Below are positions 1 to 9,483 of a DNA stretch of 64,000 nucleotides, piece by piece. Origin of the DNA: Phycisphaerae bacterium (GTDB taxonomy: Bacteria > Planctomycetota > Phycisphaerae > UBA1845 > Fen-1342); contig JASFQK010000015.1 of the NCBI GenBank assembly GCA_050115495.1, positions 32,001-96,000 of the forward strand. Reading direction: 5' to 3'. The notes below the pieces were generated by a model. It did not search any database and was not told where the DNA came from. It was given only the letters and a program-made list of their open reading frames with translations. Position 1 is the first letter of the stretch, and each line of letters opens with the position of its first letter. The position numbers and the translations under genes are program-made.

Positions 1-300
1 CGGCGGGAAACGGTCAACGCGTACCTCGAAGAGGACGCCCTGGCCCACTTCGGCGACGAGAAGCCCCGGCGGGTCGGCAAGCACACCATAGAGCGTTTTC
101 CCGACCTGCTGCCTGGCGAGCTCAGCGCTCACGCCTGGTTCATGGGCTACACGCAGCCTGCCGACACGCCGCGTGGCGACGCCCCGCACGGACACGTGTA
201 CGCCATCGCCGTGATCGTCGAGTACGGCCTCAGCGGCGGACACGTGGCGGCCCCCATCGCCAAACAGATTGCGGAGTACCTGTTGGACCACGAGCCGTAG
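1..300 (+). CDS. mrdA: Penicillin-binding protein 2 (transpeptidase), C-terminal fragment; 5' end outside window
   Basis: Frame 1 reads ...HAWFMGY...YAIAVIVEYGLSGGHVAAPIAKQI...* (TAG 298-300), a class B PBP C-terminal signature. It lies directly upstream of rodA. Confidence 0.8.
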   Translation, partial: RRETVNAYLEEDALAHFGDEKPRRVGKHTIERFPDLLPGELSAHAWFMGYTQPADTPRGDAPHGHVYAIAVIVEYGLSGGHVAAPIAKQIAEYLLDHEP

Positions 301-330
301 CCACTGTGGTCCGACGATGATGATGAGGTT

Positions 331-1590
331 ATGTCGACGCCGCGTATGCTCAATCTGACGCGCCTGGGCTGGGGCCTGGCGATTCCGGTCGCCCTGCTGG
401 GGGCGCTAGGCCTGGCGTGCATCCACGCCACGGACCGCAGCAACGCCAGCGCGGACAACGATACGGCCGCCGTCACGTCGGCCGCGCCCGGCGTCGAGCC
501 GCACTGGCTGACCCGGGCATACGAGGCGGTGGGGCCGATGACCATCCGGCAGATTCTCTTCTTCTTGACGGGTATCGGCCTGCTGCTCGCCATGCTCTGG
601 CTCCCCTACCAGAAGCTCGGGCGCTACGCCTACTGGGCCTATGCGGCGACGCTGGCCCTGCTCGTGCTGCTGGTGGCGGCCCGGTACGTCCATTTGCCGG
701 AGAGCCTGCTGCCAGTGCGCAACAATGCCCGCCGGTGGATCGCCCTGGGACCGCTGAGCCTGCAACCGTCGGAGTTCATGAAGGTCGTGCTGATCGTGAC
801 GCTGGCGCGGTATCTGCGGTTCCGCAGCACGTACCGCCAGCTTCGCGGGCTGATCGTGCCGTTCGTGCTAACGCTCATCCCGATGGGCCTGATCCTCAAG
901 CAGCCGGACCTGGGCACGACGCTGATGCTCCTGCCGGTGCTGTTCATCATGCTGTTCGTCGCCGGGGCGCGGTTGCGGCACCTGGCGCTGGTAGCGGTCG
1001 TCGGGGCGGCGACGCTGCCGGTGTTCTACTTCTACGGGATGAAGGACTACCAGCGGGAACGCATCCAGATCCTGTTCCGGCAGAATTCACCGGACCAGCG
1101 CTGGCAGATGGGGCCGGGCTACCAGCTCCGGCAATCCAAGATCGCCCTGGGTTCGGGCGGGATCTTCGGCGAGGGCTGGGGCCAGGGCGTGTTCGTCGAG
1201 TCGGCCCTGCCGCTGCTGCCCGAGGAGCACAACGACTTCATCTTCGCCATCATCGGGCACCAGTGGGGGCTGATCGGCTGCGTGGTCGTCATCCTGGCGT
1301 ACAGCGTCATCGTGTTCTTCGGCATCGAGGTGGCCACCGTCACGAACGATCCGTTCGGGAGGCTGCTGGCCATCGGCGTCGTGGTGATGATCGTGGTGCA
1401 GGCCCTGCTGAACATCTCGATGACCGTCGGGCTGGCCCCCATCACCGGCATGACGCTCCCCTTCGTCAGCGCCGGCGGCAGCAGCCTGTGGGCGAACTTC
1501 ATCGCCCTGGGCCTGCTGCTCAACATCGCCCAGCGCCGCCCCCTCCTGATCGCCAATCCGCCGTTCGAACACGACGATGATGACGAATAG
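331..1590 (+). CDS. rodA: SEDS-family peptidoglycan glycosyltransferase RodA/FtsW
   Basis: Motifs RRWI, LQPSEFMK, QPDLGT, GYQ..QS.IALGSGG, LPEEHNDFIF and TLPFVSAGGSS; multi-TM; follows PBP2. Confidence 0.93.
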   Translation: MSTPRMLNLTRLGWGLAIPVALLGALGLACIHATDRSNASADNDTAAVTSAAPGVEPHWLTRAYEAVGPMTIRQILFFLTGIGLLLAMLWLPYQKLGRYAYWAYAATLALLVLLVAARYVHLPESLLPVRNNARRWIALGPLSLQPSEFMKVVLIVTLARYLRFRSTYRQLRGLIVPFVLTLIPMGLILKQPDLGTTLMLLPVLFIMLFVAGARLRHLALVAVVGAATLPVFYFYGMKDYQRERIQILFRQNSPDQRWQMGPGYQLRQSKIALGSGGIFGEGWGQGVFVESALPLLPEEHNDFIFAIIGHQWGLIGCVVVILAYSVIVFFGIEVATVTNDPFGRLLAIGVVVMIVVQALLNISMTVGLAPITGMTLPFVSAGGSSLWANFIALGLLLNIAQRRPLLIANPPFEHDDDDE

Positions 1591-1632
1591 GCGGGGCGGT
1601 ACGCCACCATCACTGCACGAACGGCGGTGCTC

Positions 1633-1835
1633 AGTCCCGTAGGGACGAATGATCGTAGCCCAGCACGCAGTGCTGGGTTTCGACGGGATGCTCCCTTCCC
1701 CGAGTCCCGTAGGGACGGCTGAAGGCTGTGTTGCGCGGCGTCGCGCTCAGTCGTCCCTACGGGACTGGGTCGTCGGGGGATGCCCCTCATCCCAGCAGTT
1801 CCTGCTGGGCTACAATCAGCCGTCCCTACGGGACT
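1633..1835. repeat. Nested palindromic REP/BIME-like element
   Basis: AGTCCCGTAGGGACG at 1633 and 1703; its reverse complement CGTCCCTACGGGACT at 1752 and 1821; CCCAGCA-N-TGCTGGG hairpins at about 1659-1677 and 1791-1809. Confidence 0.85.
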
Positions 1836-1943
1836 AAGACGCCGATAGCGCCGAGGGGGGCCTGCAAGATCCGGCCACTGTGACGCGTTCCCGCTGTTAC
1901 CTGCGGAACACTGACTTGGTTGCGTCCGTCCGAGACCCGCCGC

Positions 1944-1972
1944 TTGGGTTGCACGGGCGGCGGCGCTATAAT
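1944..1972 (+). promoter_or_regulatory. Putative sigma70 promoter for the serA-like gene
   Basis: TTGGGT-N17-TATAAT, about 100 bp upstream of ATG 2069. Confidence 0.4.
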
Positions 1973-2068
1973 GCCCGATTCCGCGGGCGGCGTGGTCCGC
2001 ACGTATCGGGGGTGCCGTCACGGGGCACCGCCGACGATCGCCTGTGTGCTTTTAGCCGGAGCGAGGTT

Positions 2069-3028
2069 ATGAAAGTCCTGATCGCCGACAAGTTTGAAGC
2101 TTCTGGTATCGAACAACTCAAGCAGATCGCCGACGAGGTCGTTTGCGAGCCGGATCTCAAGGACGATGCGCTGACGCAGCGCGTCGCCGGATTCGCGCCC
2201 GACGTCCTCATCGTCCGTTCCACGAAGGTCCAGGCCCCGACGATCGACGCCGGCAAGAGCCTCCGCGTGATCATCCGCGCCGGCTCGGGCTTCGACACGA
2301 TCGACGTCGCCCACGCCAAGGAGAAGGGTGTCAAGGTCGCCAACTGCCCCGGCATGAACGCCATCGCCGTCGCCGAGCTGGTCATGGGCCACATCATCGC
2401 CGTCGACCGGCGGCTGGGCGACAACCTGGCCGACCTGCGGGCCCACAAGTGGAACAAGAAGCTCTACAGCAAGGCCCGCGGGCTGAAGGGCCGCACGCTC
2501 GGCATCGTCGGCGTGGGGCGGATCGGCTCGGCGGTCGCCAAGCGGGCCCTGGCCTTCGAGATGAAGGTGCTCTTCTACGACGTGATCCCCGACCTCAAGC
2601 CGGCCGATCACCCCGACTGCCGCCGGGCGGAAGTGGACGAGATCTTCCGCACCGCCGACTTCATCTCGCTGCACGTGCCCGGCTCGGGTGACACGAAGCA
2701 CCTGGTCAACGCGGCGCGGCTGGCGACGATGCGGCCGGAAGCGGTCCTCATCAACACCAGCCGGGCGTCCGTCATCGACGAGCCCGCCCTGATCGAGGCC
2801 CTGAAGGCCGGCAAGATCCGAGCGGCGGCGGTGGACGTGTACGACAACGAGCCGGCGGCCGACGCCAAGGACATCACCTCGCCCATGTGCGACGTGCCGA
2901 ACCTGTACGGTACGCACCACATCGGCGCCTCGACCGACCAGGCCCAGCTTGCCGTCGCCGAGGAGACCGTCCGCATCGTCGCCGAATACAGGAAGAGCGG
3001 GCAGGTCCTGAACTGCGTGAACACCTAG
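2069..3028 (+). CDS. serA: D-3-phosphoglycerate dehydrogenase-like D-2-hydroxyacid dehydrogenase (short form, no ACT domain)
   Basis: MKVLIAD start with GAGG RBS; motifs IIRAGSGFDTID, N..AVAEL, GVGRIG, INTSRA and HHIGAST. Confidence 0.8.
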   Translation: MKVLIADKFEASGIEQLKQIADEVVCEPDLKDDALTQRVAGFAPDVLIVRSTKVQAPTIDAGKSLRVIIRAGSGFDTIDVAHAKEKGVKVANCPGMNAIAVAELVMGHIIAVDRRLGDNLADLRAHKWNKKLYSKARGLKGRTLGIVGVGRIGSAVAKRALAFEMKVLFYDVIPDLKPADHPDCRRAEVDEIFRTADFISLHVPGSGDTKHLVNAARLATMRPEAVLINTSRASVIDEPALIEALKAGKIRAAAVDVYDNEPAADAKDITSPMCDVPNLYGTHHIGASTDQAQLAVAEETVRIVAEYRKSGQVLNCVNT

Positions 3029-3270
3029 CGCCGCCGGCGTAGCGATTCACTGTCAGTCTTCAACCGTCCTGGCCGGCGCGCCGCGTGCGTGCTGGCCAGG
3101 ACGGTTTCTTTGCGGCTTAAACGTAGCCGTTCAGCGCCGCCGACACGGAACTCGACTCCCCGCGCTCGCCGATCAAACCCTGCCACACGCCCCGCACTGA
3201 TGGTACTATGCACGCTGGCAACGGCGGCCGCGGCCGCCTCCCATCGCCTCGATAGCAGGAGAGAGTCGCC

Positions 3271-5259
3271 ATGTCCCACCAGATGCGGTTGCGGTGTATC
3301 GCGCTCGGCATACTCGTCGCGGCGTGCGCTTGTGCCAACGTCGCCGCCCAGATCATCGTCAGCGAGTCGCCACCCCTGCCGCCGCGGACGCTCTGCATCG
3401 AACAGCTCTGGTTCGACCTCAACGGCAAGTGGAACGGCCAACCGGCCAACGCGATCTGCGTAGTCGTTCGGGCGGCGGGCCTGGCCGGCGAGAAGATCGA
3501 AGCGGAGATCAGGATACGCGACGCCGACGGCCGGCCGGTGCCGGTGCGGGCCGACGCCCCCGCCGACTTCCGCGACGCCGACGGCCATTTCCTCTTCACA
3601 CAACGTGCCGACGTCCAGTACGAGGCCACAAAGTGGGACCCCGCGCGCTTCGCCGTGCCCACGGACATTCTCGATCTGCCGACCGGCCGAAAGCACACGC
3701 TGTGGGTGTCGTTACGCCTGCGCAGCGGCGGCTTGCAGGCGAGCATCGCGCAGCAGATCATCTATCCGCCCGATTCGAACGAACCCGAGGCACGCGGCCT
3801 CCAGCTCTCCGACCCGGTCACGGAATCGACGACCGACGACGGCCCGGAGCGCAACGTCGCCGGCATGGGCGACGACCCGCGCCAGCAAGGCGGCTGGGCG
3901 GTGCCACACCTGCGCATATCCGCGACGCTCGCCCAACTGCCCGAGACCGTGGCCGGCAGCGCCGCCCGCGTCGAACTGCATCTGTTCCACCCGGACGGCC
4001 AATCGGTAAACGCCAAGACGGCGGGCGCCGCGTCGCAACCGTTCACCCGCTCGGCGACGGTCCAGCTCTCGCCGCAACAGCCGCAGGAACCCGTGCGGTT
4101 CGAACTGACCTGCGACGAGATTCAGCTCCGCGCGGGCTTGGACCATTCCTTGATCGCCGAGTTGCGTGCTGAGAACGAGTTCACGCGTGTGGCCTGTCAA
4201 CGAACGTGCCGCGTGCAGCATTTCTCCAGCAGCACCGGGGCGGCCAACGCGTCGCCGGCGGGCGCCGCGGCCGGTTCCGCCTCGGACGATGCGCTGCTGG
4301 CCGCGGCAGCCGCCGGAGCCACCGACCGCGTTCGTGTACTGGCCGCGCAAGCCGGCGAGACACTGCCGCGCGACAGTGCCGGCCGTACACCCCTGCATCT
4401 GGCGGCGGCCGCCGGGCACGTCGAAGCAGCCCGCGCTCTGCTGGATGCTGCCACGCCACCGAAATCGCCGGAGCCGCCGCCGGACATCGACGTCCAGGGC
4501 GATCGGCCGGCGAATCTGTTCAGTCCGGACTACGGCAAACCGCAGGCGGGCGATACTCCGTCCGGCGGAACGGCCGCGGACATGCTGACCTTCGACGCCT
4601 ACCTCGCCCGGTCGCGCGTCCTGGAAGCGACGGACAATCGCGGGCGAACACCGCTGCATCTCGCCGCCGCCGCCGGCCAGGTCGAGATGATCCGCTTCCT
4701 GTGTGAGCGCGGCGCGGCCGTCGAGTCGGCGGAAGAAAGCGGAGCGACGCCGCTGCACCTGGCCGCCGTCGCCTCGCATGCGGACGCCGTCGCCGCCCTG
4801 CTCACCGCCGGCGCTTACCCGAGGGCCCGGACGAAGCTGGGCTGCACGGTGTTGCAGATGGCCACCGACCTGAGAACGAGAGGGAACCTGGAGCAAGCGA
4901 TCAAGAAGATGACCACGGGCCCCGACGTGGACGCCGTCCGCGAGCGGGCCGAAGCGTTCCTCGCAGCGCTTCAGGCCGGCGACGGCGGCCGGGCCGGCCC
5001 ACTCATGACGCCGGAGCTGGCGGAGCAGATCCCGCAGAAGCTGGAGACCGCTCAGTTCGAGTTCCTGGTCGTTTCCGCCGAGGTCCACGCCGACACGGGC
5101 CGCGTTCGTGCCTGCCTCAAGGTCGCCGATATCGAAGCAAAGACCAACGAGTTCATCGCCGAGATCGTGTTGCTGCGTCCGGACGGTGAATGGCGCATCG
5201 CCGAGGTGCGGACCACGCCCTTCTTCCCCGAACTCGAGAAGCTGGAGGAGCAGTCATGA
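3271..5259 (+). CDS. Secreted ankyrin-repeat protein with a C-terminal NTF2-like domain
   Basis: Signal peptide; three GxTPLHLAA ankyrin repeats; AGGAG RBS. Confidence 0.75.
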   Translation: MSHQMRLRCIALGILVAACACANVAAQIIVSESPPLPPRTLCIEQLWFDLNGKWNGQPANAICVVVRAAGLAGEKIEAEIRIRDADGRPVPVRADAPADFRDADGHFLFTQRADVQYEATKWDPARFAVPTDILDLPTGRKHTLWVSLRLRSGGLQASIAQQIIYPPDSNEPEARGLQLSDPVTESTTDDGPERNVAGMGDDPRQQGGWAVPHLRISATLAQLPETVAGSAARVELHLFHPDGQSVNAKTAGAASQPFTRSATVQLSPQQPQEPVRFELTCDEIQLRAGLDHSLIAELRAENEFTRVACQRTCRVQHFSSSTGAANASPAGAAAGSASDDALLAAAAAGATDRVRVLAAQAGETLPRDSAGRTPLHLAAAAGHVEAARALLDAATPPKSPEPPPDIDVQGDRPANLFSPDYGKPQAGDTPSGGTAADMLTFDAYLARSRVLEATDNRGRTPLHLAAAAGQVEMIRFLCERGAAVESAEESGATPLHLAAVASHADAVAALLTAGAYPRARTKLGCTVLQMATDLRTRGNLEQAIKKMTTGPDVDAVRERAEAFLAALQAGDGGRAGPLMTPELAEQIPQKLETAQFEFLVVSAEVHADTGRVRACLKVADIEAKTNEFIAEIVLLRPDGEWRIAEVRTTPFFPELEKLEEQS

Positions 5260-7400
5260 GTACGCTTCCGGCAACATCACCGTGCTCCGGGCCGGCTCGC
5301 GCTGTGGCGACGCGCCGTCTGTCGCCCTGCGGTTCGCTCCTGCTGGTGCTCGTCGCGGCGACCCTGCCCGCCGCCGCCCAGCAAACCGCCGAGCTCGAAG
5401 CGAGGATTGGCGAACTGCGCCAGCAGGTGACGGCGCTCGAGAAGGAGCACTTCCAGCAGTCACAGACCATCACGAAGAATCAGGAGAACCTCGACCGCGA
5501 TACGCCCCTGGCCGCCGTCGGGCAACACTGGGTCAACGCCGCCGGCGGGTTCCTGTCCCGGATCGAGGAGAAGCAGCGGGCCTACGATGAGGCCAACGCC
5601 CGCTTCAACGAAATCCCGCCGGAAGACCGCTCCTGGCTGGACCATATCTGCCTCGGCTTCATCAAGGCACCGCAGCGGCGGATTCCGCGGGCCGCCAGCC
5701 TGTTGTACGACAGAATCAACGCCCGCTGGGACCTGCTGCTCTTCCACCGCACAATCCAGGACGAACTCGCTGAGGGCATCCGCGTCGGAGACGATCCGCG
5801 GCTCCACAAGTTCGGCAGCGTTGCCGACTTCGTGCGCCGGGCGCAGGCCGAGATCCTCAAGTCCGCCCTCGTCGAGGACAACTGCAAGACCTGGCGCGAC
5901 AACATCGCCCGCGCTGAGCGCCGCCAGGCCGAGATCGACGCCGAGAAGCAACGCCTCCGCTCGGAGTTGCACGAGCTCGAACGCCGGCTGGCGGAGCTCC
6001 GCGAGCAGGCCGCCAACCAGCCCACGCCGCCGGCACGTCCCGCGCCCAACCTGGCCGAACCCGAGATCGTCGAAGCGATGTGCTCGCAGTTGGACGGCGC
6101 CGCCGGCAGCCGCGTGGCCGTTTGGCGGTTCTACGTGCGGCTCAACGTGCGCAACCACGTGCCGGTGCAGCTCCGCCTGGATGAGCTGACCCGCGAGCCC
6201 GAGATGCAGGACCCCGATCCCAAACGCCGATTCGTCCCGCCGCAGCGCATGTTCACCGTCCGTCCCGGCGATACGTTCCAGCTCAGCGGCTGGGAAGACC
6301 CCGAGACGGGCGTGCCGATCCTCGAAGAGATGGCCACGGGCGACTTGCCGCGCGTCCCGTCCGTGCGTGACCTCGGCCCCTACTACCTCACCGTCTGGGA
6401 GGCGAACGGCTTCCAGGGCCGCTTCCGGGCGACGTTCAGCACCGTGGCCGGCGCCCCCGCGCCGGTTCAGCTCGTCGCCGAGTTCAGCCCCCCGCCGCCG
6501 GCGACGTCGCAGGTCCAGATGCGCGTCGATGATCCGGACGAAGATGAACGCAGCGGGCCGGCGGACGCCATGATGAGCAGCTTCGCCTGGAAGGACACGT
6601 ACCACCTCCGCATCGCCGTGTACGTGCCCGATCTGTCGCCGGGGTTGTACCGCCTGCGCGTGCAGGTGCGCGGTCAGCCCGACCGCTTCCTGTGGGGCCT
6701 GGCGAAGGACGGCGAGGCGCAGACGTCCATCTGGGGCTTCGTGCCGCTGAACGTGGGGCCGTACCAGATGACGCTGAGCGTACCCGAAGCGCCACAGGTC
6801 GCCCCCGTGACCATCTCCGGCCGGCTCGATCCCGCCAGAGGCACCGTCGACGCACTCGTCAGCGCTCGTGACCGCGTGCAGAAAGCGCAGGCGGCGCTGT
6901 CCGACAGCAGCAGCCGGGCCGCGCCCGAGCTCCGCCGGTGGTTGCTGGGCGATGCGCAGGTGCTCTATGCCCAGAAGCTCAATCTCGCCGGTCGGTTCGA
7001 GGAAGCGCTACAGGTCAGCGAGCAGGCGATCCGGAACCTGCCGGAATGCAAGGTCGGCGCGACCTACCCCAAGGGCAAAGGTAGCGAGTACCAGGACACG
7101 GCCTGGAAGGAGAAGGCCACCGCGCTCTATCACCTCTTCCAGCGGGACGCGTATCGCGAAGCGATGGAGCACATCTGCCAGACGCAGTTGCGCATGGCGC
7201 GGGAATTCCGCCAGAGCGGCAGCGACGCCGTGGCCAAAGATTACCTCCAGCGTGCCGGCGAATACCGCCACCTGCTCGCCCACCGGCTGATGCTGCTGGG
7301 CGTCGACCTCACCGAAGTCCGCCGAGAGGTGGAGGTCGGGAATCAGCTCTATCAGCAGGCGGGCAAGAATGTGCCGAAGCTCGTTTGGTATCCGCAGTAG
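5256..7400 (+). CDS. Secreted hypothetical protein with coiled coils and a TPR-like C-terminus
   Basis: ATGA overlap with the upstream stop, GGAGGAG RBS, signal peptide ending LPAAA-Q, host-like codon usage. Confidence 0.7.
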   Translation: MSTLPATSPCSGPARAVATRRLSPCGSLLLVLVAATLPAAAQQTAELEARIGELRQQVTALEKEHFQQSQTITKNQENLDRDTPLAAVGQHWVNAAGGFLSRIEEKQRAYDEANARFNEIPPEDRSWLDHICLGFIKAPQRRIPRAASLLYDRINARWDLLLFHRTIQDELAEGIRVGDDPRLHKFGSVADFVRRAQAEILKSALVEDNCKTWRDNIARAERRQAEIDAEKQRLRSELHELERRLAELREQAANQPTPPARPAPNLAEPEIVEAMCSQLDGAAGSRVAVWRFYVRLNVRNHVPVQLRLDELTREPEMQDPDPKRRFVPPQRMFTVRPGDTFQLSGWEDPETGVPILEEMATGDLPRVPSVRDLGPYYLTVWEANGFQGRFRATFSTVAGAPAPVQLVAEFSPPPPATSQVQMRVDDPDEDERSGPADAMMSSFAWKDTYHLRIAVYVPDLSPGLYRLRVQVRGQPDRFLWGLAKDGEAQTSIWGFVPLNVGPYQMTLSVPEAPQVAPVTISGRLDPARGTVDALVSARDRVQKAQAALSDSSSRAAPELRRWLLGDAQVLYAQKLNLAGRFEEALQVSEQAIRNLPECKVGATYPKGKGSEYQDTAWKEKATALYHLFQRDAYREAMEHICQTQLRMAREFRQSGSDAVAKDYLQRAGEYRHLLAHRLMLLGVDLTEVRREVEVGNQLYQQAGKNVPKLVWYPQ

Positions 7401-7501
7401 TAGGCGAAGGGAAGAGGGCAACGAGGCAGGAACAGGTGGCACTCGCACGGTGTCACCGGTTCGGCGCCATCCGTGCGCACTTGCACACCGCGCCAGTATG
7501 G

Positions 7502-7975
7502 CTAAACGCTGTCCGACTCCGCAACCGGCGTGCCGCACTCGGGGCACACGCCGCTGGCATTACCCGTCAGATCGTACCCGCACGTGGTGCATCCCCCAGC
7601 CCTTCGTTTCCACAACAACCACGACCAGGCAAGAAGAACAGGACACAGAATCACGCATGGCAGCGCCGTCGAACACGCGACCCGAGACGTGTTGCACTCA
7701 AACTCTCCCAGCAGTGACTGCGGCCTCAGCAAGGCGAAATACCACGTGCCTTCCCACGGGCAATTGTACTTCTCTCGCACCGTACGCGGCTCAAAGGGGT
7801 TCCAGAAGGCGCGAATGTAGTAACACGTTCCCCGCCGAATGCCCACGACCCCATCCACGCAATTGACTGGCATCTCGATGGTCACGAAGTACGATAACAC
7901 GGTGAGCACAAACACGAGCACCCAGGCACCGCTCACGCCTACGAAGCACCACCGCGCCAATCGATGACGCCGCAT
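7502..7975 (-). CDS. Membrane protein with C-terminal zinc ribbon (CxxCGYDLTGNxSGVCPECG)
   Basis: ATG 7975 with AAGGAG RBS; two hydrophobic segments; terminal CTTCGYDLTGNASGVCPECG motif typical of Phycisphaerae. Confidence 0.8.
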   Translation of the reverse strand: MRRHRLARWCFVGVSGAWVLVFVLTVLSYFVTIEMPVNCVDGVVGIRRGTCYYIRAFWNPFEPRTVREKYNCPWEGTWYFALLRPQSLLGEFECNTSRVACSTALPCVILCPVLLAWSWLLWKRRAGGCTTCGYDLTGNASGVCPECGTPVAESDSV

Positions 7976-8067
7976 ACTGTCTCCTTTCGAACGTACGCGG
8001 ACCATACTATCTGCCGCAGGGTGTCCGCCAGTGCGCTGCGCACGCGGCCATGCATCGCATGACCCTC

Positions 8068-8189
8068 GCCGGCGTCCGGTTCGCAACCCGCATTCGCTAC
8101 GGGATCGCCAAGGACGTCCATCCGGACATGCTCGTCGATGTGCCGCGTGCCCCGGACCCACGGATAGGCGGTCTGGCTCGAGCCGTCGC
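8068..8189 (-). pseudogene. Degenerate Rhs-core remnant (copy B)
   Basis: Translates as DGSSQTAYPWVRGTRHIDEHVRMDVLGDPVANAGCEPDAG; gap-free homolog of 9339-9460. Confidence 0.65.
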
Positions 8190-8192
8190 AGG

Positions 8193-8591
8193 TCAGTTCG
8201 GCTGCTGGTAGCCGCATATCGTGAGGTGCGCCCCGTCTGGGTCGCCAGTCTCGAAGCGCACTGCCGCGCCGGACGCAACGCAGATGCCCGAAGTCAGGCT
8301 CAGCGCCTCGCCATCCGAGCGCAGAACCGCGATGACACGGCCCTCTTGGCTGATCTCAACCGGGGCTCCGCCGGGGCTGGCGAACAATACGTCGGTAATG
8401 ACGAAGCACGTGCCTGGCGGGGCGAGCACCTGTTCAACCGGGGCGTCTCTGCTGACTACGATAAAGAAGCTGTGGACTCGGCCACAACCCTGATGCGTAA
8501 CGGTTGGCTGTGTGCTGGCCTGTGAACCAACCAGAAAGGCCACGCACGCGATGAGCAGAACGCCAGTTAGTTGTGATCGTGCCTGTAGCAT
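8193..8591 (-). CDS. Small secreted hypothetical protein (candidate orphan immunity protein)
   Basis: ATG 8591 with AAGGAG RBS; signal peptide MLQARSQLTGVLLIACVAFLVGSQA; beta-rich mature part. Confidence 0.65.
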   Translation of the reverse strand: MLQARSQLTGVLLIACVAFLVGSQASTQPTVTHQGCGRVHSFFIVVSRDAPVEQVLAPPGTCFVITDVLFASPGGAPVEISQEGRVIAVLRSDGEALSLTSGICVASGAAVRFETGDPDGAHLTICGYQQPN

Positions 8592-8781
8592 CGTTATCTC
8601 CTTTGAGAAAACTTCTGCATGGCGACATCGCCGCCGCCGTGAGACACGCGACCTCGGCCTCGAGGGCGCATCACTGTCATACATCTGGAATCCGCAGAAC
8701 CATTGGCTGCCCTGGAGCGCTCCCATGCATCGTTCCCATCCCTGACTCTCGCTGCTCGCAGTCCCTCCTCTCGTCCTTTCC

Positions 8782-9282
8782 TCAGCCCCCGCCTGATATC
8801 ATCTCTTCCAACTGGGCGGTGTTGCTTATCCACTGCCTGAGCGAGAATAACGCTACTGCTGCTTCCGCTATCGCTACCAGAAGGAAGAACATGAGTATCC
8901 CTGCTGGAGTCGCCTTGGGGAAGCGCCCCCAACCCGCTTCCGCAAGCGCGTCACGCTCTGCGAAGAAGGGAGCCAGGAGAAGTGGCCAGCAAGCGAAGAG
9001 TGAGGCCCAGTATAGCTGTCCCACGATGGTATGTACGTCTATGATGCGCCCATGAGAATGCGCGTGCAGGACGCAGAGCGTCGCGAAGAAAAGCTCATAG
9101 CTGTACCACAGGAAGCGCCATCTGAAGCCACGCATTGCGGCCAGCCACACTATTGACCCAACGGCAGCCGCTGCGATAACGAGGTTGCCAACGACCACGC
9201 CGACGAGGGCCACATAAACCATGCTGTCCATCACCTCTGTGGGTGTGGTGATACTCGAGCCCATGGTCGGTCCTCCGCTCAT
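8782..9282 (-). CDS. Small multi-TM hypothetical protein (candidate orphan immunity protein)
   Basis: About four hydrophobic helices. Start is either 9282 (ATGA overlap with the Rhs-remnant frame stop) or 9264 (GGAGG RBS). Confidence 0.65.
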   Translation of the reverse strand: MSGGPTMGSSITTPTEVMDSMVYVALVGVVVGNLVIAAAAVGSIVWLAAMRGFRWRFLWYSYELFFATLCVLHAHSHGRIIDVHTIVGQLYWASLFACWPLLLAPFFAERDALAEAGWGRFPKATPAGILMFFLLVAIAEAAVALFSLRQWISNTAQLEEMISGGG

Positions 9283-9338
9283 TCAATGAGATTGCTGCAA
9301 TCGCAGCACAGGCCAGCGGCAACCCTAGCCTTGCCGCT

Positions 9339-9460
9339 GCCGGCGTCCGGGTCGCAGTCGTCATTCGCCGTCGGGTCTGCGTTCACATCCATGAACAGCG
9401 GCTCATCGATGTACCGCGTCCCCCACACCCACTGCCGCGTCGCCTGGTCGCTTCCGTCGC
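9339..9460 (-). pseudogene. Rhs-core remnant (copy A)
   Basis: Translates as DGSDQATRQWVWGTRYIDEPLFMDVNADPTANDDCDPDAG, matching the QxVWGxRYIDE segment that precedes the Rhs-associated core in planctomycete Rhs proteins (recalled). Confidence 0.7.
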
Positions 9461-9483
9461 GAACCGACACGCCGGTTTCTCTG

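Noticed and set aside
1633..1835. Possible CRISPR array
   Set aside because: Units are only 15 bp, occur in both orientations with irregular spacing, and there are no cas genes.
1649..1837. 62-aa ORF (and the overlapping part of 1119..2021 minus)
   Set aside because: Lies entirely within the palindromic repeat; the peptide (PVGT, SLRD) is just the translated repeat.
7976..8278. N-terminal extension of the 258-aa ORF 7502..8278
   Set aside because: Low-complexity Arg-rich sequence crossing the Rhs remnant and another gene; the RBS supports a start at 7975.
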